In this document: in pieces, positions 27,836 to 32,159 of the stretch
How positions within the stretch are numbered: the stretch's first letter is position 1
Layout of the letters: each line of letters opens with the position of its first letter
From: a virus
Lineage: Duplodnaviria > Caudoviricetes
Reading direction: 5' to 3' (one strand)
DNA: 32,159 nt
IMG/VR virus record: IMGVR_UViG_3300027759_000282
Coordinates: 1-32,159 of that record
Notes under the pieces: generated by a model
The model's database searches: none
Seen by the model: the letters and a program-made list of their open reading frames with translations, nothing else
What the model was told of the DNA's origin: nothing
Made by a program: the position numbers and the translations under genes

Positions 27836-28092
27836 GCTTCCACCACCGCACAGATGTCGGCTTCTTGGATTACCTGGTAGTCCTGCCCGTCAATCTTGTG
27901 GGTGGGCCATTTTAGGTAATCGCCATTGCCGTATTTAATGAAATCCCCGACCTTTACCTCATAAACGTCAGGGCCGACCGCAACAATGGTGCCTTCGTTA
28001 AAAGGCTCTTTGTTGTTCACAATAATGATATCAGATAAGTTTCTGACCTGTGGTTTGACCACAACCCTGTCTTGGAGTGGGCTTAAATTCAT
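27832..28092 (-). CDS. groES: GroES/Cpn10-like co-chaperonin
   Basis: PLQDRVVV, G-IVAVGP, VKVGD, IDG--Y--I-E-DI-AVV. Confidence 0.88.
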   Translation of the reverse strand: MNLSPLQDRVVVKPQVRNLSDIIIVNNKEPFNEGTIVAVGPDVYEVKVGDFIKYGNGDYLKWPTHKIDGQDYQVIQEADICAVVEA

Positions 28093-28334
28093 GTTGTTTC
28101 ACCCTCTACAGTCAGGGGAACAAGCACTCGGGGCGGTCTGCCGCGCTTTTTTACAGGGGTTTCCGTGACGGTCAAAGTGTCCTCGGTCACCGTCATGGTC
28201 ACCACCACGGGGGATTTGTGTTCCCCGCACCACTCTGTCTTGTGCCGGTTTTGGAATACCGGAAAGCGCCTGCACTGGCCCATTATGTGATGGTCAGTGA
28301 AATATACACAATCGCTACAATGCGAATCAGCCAT
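28089..28334 (-). CDS. Cys-rich small protein with C-terminal AT-hook-like motif
   Basis: AAGGAG SD; CxxC...CRRFP...WC; KKRGRPPR. Confidence 0.65.
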   Translation of the reverse strand: MADSHCSDCVYFTDHHIMGQCRRFPVFQNRHKTEWCGEHKSPVVVTMTVTEDTLTVTETPVKKRGRPPRVLVPLTVEGETT

Positions 28335-28357
28335 GCCAACTCTCCTTGGTTTGGTTA

Positions 28358-28399
28358 GGGGAGGATTAGGGCTGTTTTCCCTAGTTCTCCCCGATTTTT
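28358..28399. promoter_or_regulatory. Intergenic 14-bp stem-loop
   Basis: GGGGAGGATTAGGG (28358-28371) pairs with CCCTAGTTCTCCCC (28379-28392), followed by GATTTTT on the plus strand. Confidence 0.6.
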
Positions 28400-28610
28400 A
28401 ACGGTAGTGCGAACGGTCGTGCGTGTAGCAAACGGCCTCTTTAGAGCCGCCTTTAAGGTCTTTGCTCATGTAAGCATCTTTTTTGCCCATGCCAGCACCG
28501 CCAACGATTTTCTCGCTGCGTTCGCCGGTTTTGTCGCTTGCCAATACGCCTTTGGGCATTTTTTCGCCAGAAGCGCCAGACTTATAAACTTCTTTGTCCA
28601 TTTTTCCCAT
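28398..28610 (-). CDS. Small Gly/Lys-rich protein, probable first gene of the late operon
   Basis: AAGGA SD before ATG 28610; 70 aa, low complexity. Confidence 0.7.
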   Translation of the reverse strand: MGKMDKEVYKSGASGEKMPKGVLASDKTGERSEKIVGGAGMGKKDAYMSKDLKGGSKEAVCYTHDRSHYR

Positions 28611-28619
28611 GATAGTTCC

Positions 28620-28647
28620 TTGCAAGGTTAACGGGTGAGATTACAAT
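28620..28647 (+). promoter_or_regulatory. Candidate sigma70 promoter (rightward)
   Basis: TTGCAA (28620-28625), 16 nt, TACAAT (28642-28647); upstream of the only rightward gene in this region. Confidence 0.5.
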
Positions 28648-28656
28648 CTCTCGGTC

Positions 28657-28686
28657 ATTATAGGAGATTTTCCCCCATGGCTACAA
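28657..28686 (-). promoter_or_regulatory. Candidate sigma70 promoter (leftward, late operon)
   Basis: Minus strand TTGTAG (28686-28681), 18 nt, TATAAT (28662-28657). Confidence 0.55.
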
Positions 28687-28877
28687 ATTTTACTTTTAAA
28701 CGCGAAAAAGCAGTCCACGAAACCCCCAAGGTTTACGAAATGGTACGCGAACACAAGGCCGAAAACAAAAAAATCATGGCTTTGGCAAAGGAACTGCACA
28801 AACATGAGCGCACCGATATGGCCCATGCCCATCCTAAATCGCAAAAGAATGCCCCGCTTCCGTCAATGCGGAAATAG
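28677..28877 (+). CDS. Small His/Lys-rich protein on the opposite strand
   Basis: AGGAG SD at 28662-28666, ATG 28677. MATNFTFKREKAVHETPK...HKHERTDMAHAHPK fills the gap between minus-strand genes. Confidence 0.65.
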   Translation: MATNFTFKREKAVHETPKVYEMVREHKAENKKIMALAKELHKHERTDMAHAHPKSQKNAPLPSMRK

Positions 28878-29184
28878 GCACTTTGTCAGGCCACTTTCGG
28901 GTGGTCAAAAGGATTAGAACGGTGCGCTGGTGGGCTTTCATCCATATTTCTTGCCGTTCTTCCTTGCTCATGTCCGCGCCCTGGTCAAGCGCTGAGTGAC
29001 AGGCAAAGCACAGGCTGGCGACCAAGTTATCGTCTGCCTTGACCGCTTTACCCTTGCCGCCGCCCCAGTTTATGTGTGCGGCGCAGACAGTCCCATCCTC
29101 AATCCCGCAGTGTTGGCAGGCAATTGTGCGGCAGGCTTCCAGCAAAGCCTTTGATCTGACGTATTTACGCTTCGGAAAAAGCAC
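28834..29184 (-). CDS. Zn-binding HNH-like nin-region protein (DUF968/DUF1364-YbcO type)
   Basis: CQHCG...AAH...GKG---K-DD----LC--CH---DQG. Confidence 0.75.
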   Translation of the reverse strand: MLFPKRKYVRSKALLEACRTIACQHCGIEDGTVCAAHINWGGGKGKAVKADDNLVASLCFACHSALDQGADMSKEERQEIWMKAHQRTVLILLTTRKWPDKVPISALTEAGHSFAI

Positions 29185-29446
29185 GGAACTTTACCCCTTG
29201 TTCTGTACCAAATGCCGTAGATAGTTCAATTAACTCGGTCATCTCGGCAACGGTCATCTTGCTTGTTCGCGCCCCGATAATGACGAATCCCCCATCAATA
29301 CCAGGCACAACCTTTTGTCTTTTGAGGGCGGCGGTCAATACGTCTTTCCATTCCTCTTTGTGGAGTTTTTGACCATACCACACCACTTGGTTGGCAATGT
29401 CCTCAAGGTTTGCCCACATCATGCGGTTTTGTTCAAGGCTTCGCAT
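29165..29446 (-). CDS. ninB: NinB/Orf-family recombination protein
   Basis: RSLEQN--MWA-L-DIA-QV-W-G-KL--EEWKD ... G-RTSKM-V-EM--LIE----FG---GV. Confidence 0.88.
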   Translation of the reverse strand: MRSLEQNRMMWANLEDIANQVVWYGQKLHKEEWKDVLTAALKRQKVVPGIDGGFVIIGARTSKMTVAEMTELIELSTAFGTEQGVKFRAFSEA

Positions 29447-29708
29447 CTATAACCCTCAACACGTTTAAAGCCGCTTCTGGCCCGTCAACCCTCGACAAAG
29501 GCCCACCATACCAATTCTCAAAAAACTTGTCTTGTAAGGCCGTTAAACGCTTTTTAGGGCCATCTTTGACTTCCATCAAGACGGTGCATCCCTTGTAGCC
29601 AACAAGTAAGTCCACCGGCAAGCCAAGAACCCACACGTTTGCCCCTGCCGCCCGTAATGCGCTCACTGTCTGCGCCTGGTTAGCGTCAACCCTTGCTGCT
29701 CTTCGCAT
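29433..29708 (-). CDS. Small PD-(D/E)XK (VRR-NUC-like) nuclease, possible Holliday-junction resolvase
   Basis: RVDANQ ... PVDLLVG ... MEVK ... LT--Q--F---W. Confidence 0.75.
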   Translation of the reverse strand: MRRAARVDANQAQTVSALRAAGANVWVLGLPVDLLVGYKGCTVLMEVKDGPKKRLTALQDKFFENWYGGPLSRVDGPEAALNVLRVIDAKP

Positions 29709-29868
29709 TCATTTGCTCCAAAATGTAATCTTTAATTCCCTTGTACAAGTCCTGTTCGTCCAGTTCCTTAACCCGCTGCCATGCGTAGGCTTTTGCGCCA
29801 GGTATACGGCAAAGGGCTAGGTAATGGGCAAACATCTTGTCTCGGGCCTCATCCTGCTGCCAGGGCAT
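29686..29868 (-). CDS. Hypothetical protein, 60 aa
   Basis: ATG 29868; bridges the two neighbouring genes with short overlaps. Confidence 0.55.
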   Translation of the reverse strand: MPWQQDEARDKMFAHYLALCRIPGAKAYAWQRVKELDEQDLYKGIKDYILEQMNAKSSKG

Positions 29869-30286
29869 CTCGAGCCATCTGTACAACCGCCACGGGCTTT
29901 TTCCGTCCAGCAGCGTATTCCGCAAGGATTCTCCGCGCCCAAGCCTTTGGATCAACCCCTGGCCCCATCCGCAGCGGGGCAAGTTTTGCCAACTCCTGCT
30001 TTACACGCTCGGGGTTTGCCGGTGGCTCGGGTAAGGCCAAAGGTTTGACAACCGGCGCTTGCATACACAGGTTTTTGAACTGGACAAGGTTTGGCGGGCG
30101 CTCGGGCAAGTGATCTAAGGCGTAAGAGATTGACATCATCGCCTCTTTGGATTTCATAAACCCTGCTAGTTCGTGCATCCAAAACGACTTGATTTCGTTC
30201 AGCGGGGCGCTTCCCAGCGAGTTGTCCCATGCGTTCCCGTACGTCATGCTTAATCGTTCAAAGAGTCGATCAATGGGTTGTGTCAT
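29849..30286 (-). CDS. Lambda-P-like helicase loader
   Basis: GGAG SD; LF-RL---YG--W ... W--EL ... PPNL-QF--LC; directly downstream of the initiator. Confidence 0.65.
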   Translation of the reverse strand: MTQPIDRLFERLSMTYGNAWDNSLGSAPLNEIKSFWMHELAGFMKSKEAMMSISYALDHLPERPPNLVQFKNLCMQAPVVKPLALPEPPANPERVKQELAKLAPLRMGPGVDPKAWARRILAEYAAGRKKPVAVVQMARDALAAG

Positions 30287-30995
30287 CTTCAATCTCCAAA
30301 AATGGTGTGTATTCGGACGTTCTGCCTGTCATGGCCTCCCATCGCTTGCGCTTGAATTCGTATTCCTTCTCGGCAAACGACTTTTGCCCCGCATCCTTGT
30401 CTTTCAACCAATCAGCCTTGAATCCTGTCCAACCCCTTGCACAACAGGTTTCCAAGGCGGTTTGTAGGTTTATGCCCGCTTTACCGGCTTCCTTGATGAT
30501 GCCGTTCAAAGCGGTTTGGGTGACTGCGGCTTTTTTCGTCTTGCGTAAAGTTAACCAATCTTGCCAAACAATGTCCGTCACACCGTCAGGTGGGGCGACT
30601 GTATTATTCTTTGGTTTATGGTTATTGGTTATTGGTTGTTGGTTATTGGTTGGTTGAACGTCCGTTGAACGTCCGTTGAACCGCCGTTCAGCAGATGCCT
30701 TTCCCGCCTTAGAAGCCTGTTCAATTTTCCCTTTGAAATGGGCTATTTCTTTGTCGGCTCGGGTGTTTATCCACCCATCATCTGTCAGCGCAAAAAAAGA
30801 TTCAAGGACAAACTTTACTTCCGCTTCATTGTCACGCATACCAATCTGCCGTGCAACGGACGTTAAACCGCTGTTCAACGGGCGTTCATGCAAATAGTAT
30901 TCGTCCAGGAGCCTGCGATAGGCCAAATCTTCAAGCAAAGACAGGCGCTGCGTGTGACTGGCGTAGTCACCGATATTGAACTGGTAGTAGTACAT
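30270..30995 (-). CDS. YdaU/DUF1376-family replication initiator
   Basis: YYQFNIGDY---T--LS-LE--AYRRLLD-YY N-domain; C-domain W-DWL--RK-KKA-VT ... GW-GF---W; internal iterons. Confidence 0.85.
   Translation of the reverse strand: MYYYQFNIGDYASHTQRLSLLEDLAYRRLLDEYYLHERPLNSGLTSVARQIGMRDNEAEVKFVLESFFALTDDGWINTRADKEIAHFKGKIEQASKAGKASAERRFNGRSTDVQPTNNQQPITNNHKPKNNTVAPPDGVTDIVWQDWLTLRKTKKAAVTQTALNGIIKEAGKAGINLQTALETCCARGWTGFKADWLKDKDAGQKSFAEKEYEFKRKRWEAMTGRTSEYTPFLEIEDDTTH
30611..30692. repeat. Putative replication origin: six 7-bp (T/A)TGGTTN repeats plus three 11-bp GTTGAAC(G/C)(T/G)CC iterons
   Basis: 7-mers at 30611-30652; 11-mers at 30653, 30664 and 30675; partial copy at 30686. Lies inside the initiator gene, as in lambdoid phages. 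Confidence 0.75.
30853..30888. repeat. Second, inverted cluster of degenerate 11-bp iterons
   Basis: Reverse complement reads TGAACGCCC GTTGAACAGCG GTTTAACGTCC GTTGC. Confidence 0.6.
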
Positions 30996-30996
30996 A

Positions 30997-31929
30997 TTAA
31001 CGTCCATCCATCAATTCGGAAGCGTTAATTTTTGATGTAGCGACCCGCCAATCACCTTTGCAAAACACCAACACATTTTGATGTGTTTTAGCCATTTTTC
31101 GGCCAGATTCAAATTGCTTTGTAACTCGCATTGAAGCACTTGCAATGCTTGTAGCAAGAATTGCTTCGTTATACAACTTGGCCCCCGCTATTTCAAAAGC
31201 ACCTATTGTTTCACTTACAAAATTACGGTAAAAACCTTTTTTATCTCTAAAGTCACCAACAACAAAACAAGCAAACGTATCATCTTTCATTTTTTGCACA
31301 GAACGCAAAATTATCCGCTTGTATGCGGCAATAAAAGTGTGCCATTCCATGTTTGATAAATCGTGAGGATCGTCCGAATACACTTCCAAATCACCATAAG
31401 GCGGACATGAAAAAACCATATCCGCTTTAGGCGCATCAACAAGCGTTTCCATGCTATCACCACAAACCCAAATGGGCTTAATTGAAGTTTCTATGTTTTC
31501 CGCTTGAACCCGATTTGCATCAATTTGTTCTTGCCTTAAATCGCAACCCCAATAATTTCGATCTAACGCGCCGGCAACAATTCCCCTAACGCTTCCACCG
31601 GCAAAAGGATCAACAACTTGCCCTTTTTGTGGGCAAAACCATTTCATTGCAAGTTCACAAACAACGGGATCAAAAATGCTAGTCGTAAATTCTTCACCAT
31701 TGTCTAACTTTATGCCCAATCCTTTGCCATAAGTCATTCCCGCAGAACGTCCAATTTCGCTATCTATGCCCAATGATTTCCATGCACGTTTGCGTTCTTG
31801 CCATTCGCCTTGTTTACTATCTAAAATAGTAAAAGGCGGGATCGTAAAGCGTTGCGCGACAACGCCATTGGCTTTTGGTTTGATGATTTCACCAAACAAA
31901 TCTACGCCAAATAAAGACACTTTTTCCAT
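30997..31929 (-). CDS. Amino (N6-A/N4-C) DNA methyltransferase
   Basis: SAM-binding DPFAGGSVRG precedes catalytic-type SCPPY; TSIFDPV-CE. ATG 31929 follows GGGG. Confidence 0.85.
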   Translation of the reverse strand: MEKVSLFGVDLFGEIIKPKANGVVAQRFTIPPFTILDSKQGEWQERKRAWKSLGIDSEIGRSAGMTYGKGLGIKLDNGEEFTTSIFDPVVCELAMKWFCPQKGQVVDPFAGGSVRGIVAGALDRNYWGCDLRQEQIDANRVQAENIETSIKPIWVCGDSMETLVDAPKADMVFSCPPYGDLEVYSDDPHDLSNMEWHTFIAAYKRIILRSVQKMKDDTFACFVVGDFRDKKGFYRNFVSETIGAFEIAGAKLYNEAILATSIASASMRVTKQFESGRKMAKTHQNVLVFCKGDWRVATSKINASELMDGR

Positions 31930-31940
31930 AAATTTCCCCA

Positions 31941-32023
31941 CTTTTAAATGCCCCCTTAAAAGAAACAACGGCAGGAGAGGGGGTAACTCTTTTCAATGCG
32001 CTCATGACTTCGCACCTAGCCGT
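31941..32023 (-). ncRNA. Candidate structured cis-regulatory RNA leader (three-way junction plus downstream hairpin)
   Basis: P1 ACGGC(U)AGG/CCUGCCGU; P2 UGCG/CGCA; GAAA linker; P3 AGAG/CUCU; then hairpin CUUUUAA/UUAAAAG. Confidence 0.6.
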
Positions 32024-32034
32024 GTCCTAAAAAA

Positions 32035-32063
32035 ATCTTACACCAATTTTTGCGCTTCTGCAA
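32035..32063 (-). promoter_or_regulatory. Candidate sigma70 promoter for the replication operon
   Basis: Minus strand TTGCAG (32063-32058), 17 nt, TAAGAT (32040-32035); predicted start just before the structured leader. Confidence 0.6.
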
Positions 32064-32159
32064 TCTGTTTCTTGAATTTGTACACCAGCACCTGTTGCCA
32101 ACTCTTAGGCACACCGCGCTGCCGCCAGTTGCTGATCGTGTTCTGCTTTACGTCCAGCA
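32038..32159 (-). CDS. Cro/YdaS-like HTH regulator, C-terminal part (5' truncated)
   Basis: LDVKQNTISNWRQRGVPKSWQQVLVYKFKKQIAEAQKLV*; the ISNW--RGVP recognition helix is Cro-like. Confidence 0.75.
   Translation of the reverse strand, partial: LDVKQNTISNWRQRGVPKSWQQVLVYKFKKQIAEAQKLV

Noticed and set aside
30611-30692. CRISPR-like array
   Set aside because: Repeats are 7-11 bp, contiguous, have no spacers and lie in a coding sequence; they fit iterons.
31968-32023. Hammerhead ribozyme interpretation of the three-way junction (GAAA before a stem)
   Set aside because: The obligatory CUGANGA core between stems I and II is absent.
1-32159. Integrase, CI repressor, att site, tRNA genes or alternative genetic code
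   Set aside because: None recognised. Core genes translate full length in the standard code. Lifestyle cannot be decided because the region between the Cro-like gene and the exonuclease is outside the window.

Overview
The window is most of a P22-like (short-tailed, podovirus-type) dsDNA phage genome or prophage. A short rightward early/recombination block (1-2711) holds a YqaJ-like exonuclease C-terminus, a small SSB-like protein, a PD-(D/E)XK-like protein and mosaic small ORFs. It converges on one long leftward region. Read from the right end, that region has a Cro-like HTH (partial), a promoter with a structured RNA leader, a DNA methyltransferase, a YdaU/DUF1376 initiator with internal iterons, a lambda-P-like loader and nin-type genes. 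Next come a cluster of small basic proteins with a phage GroES, a stand-alone ART-PolyVal-like ADP-ribosyltransferase, TerS, TerL, P22-type portal, scaffold, coat, decoration and fibre genes, gp4, gp10, three ejection-type proteins, and a membrane-protein/lysozyme lysis cassette. One small gene (28677-28877) runs against the flow from an interlocked promoter pair. No integrase, CI repressor, tRNA, CRISPR array or reverse transcriptase was seen. The most interesting signals are: (1) the ART shares an N-terminal MPT[FL]AD motif with the largest ejection protein, suggesting a packaged and injected effector; (2) a three-way-junction/kissing-loop RNA leader lies upstream of the methylase-replication operon; (3) an interlocked promoter pair with a palindrome lies at the late-operon start; (4) the same ~70-aa beta-rich module is inserted in both gp4 and gp10. 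All family assignments come from motif recognition and gene order, not from database searches.
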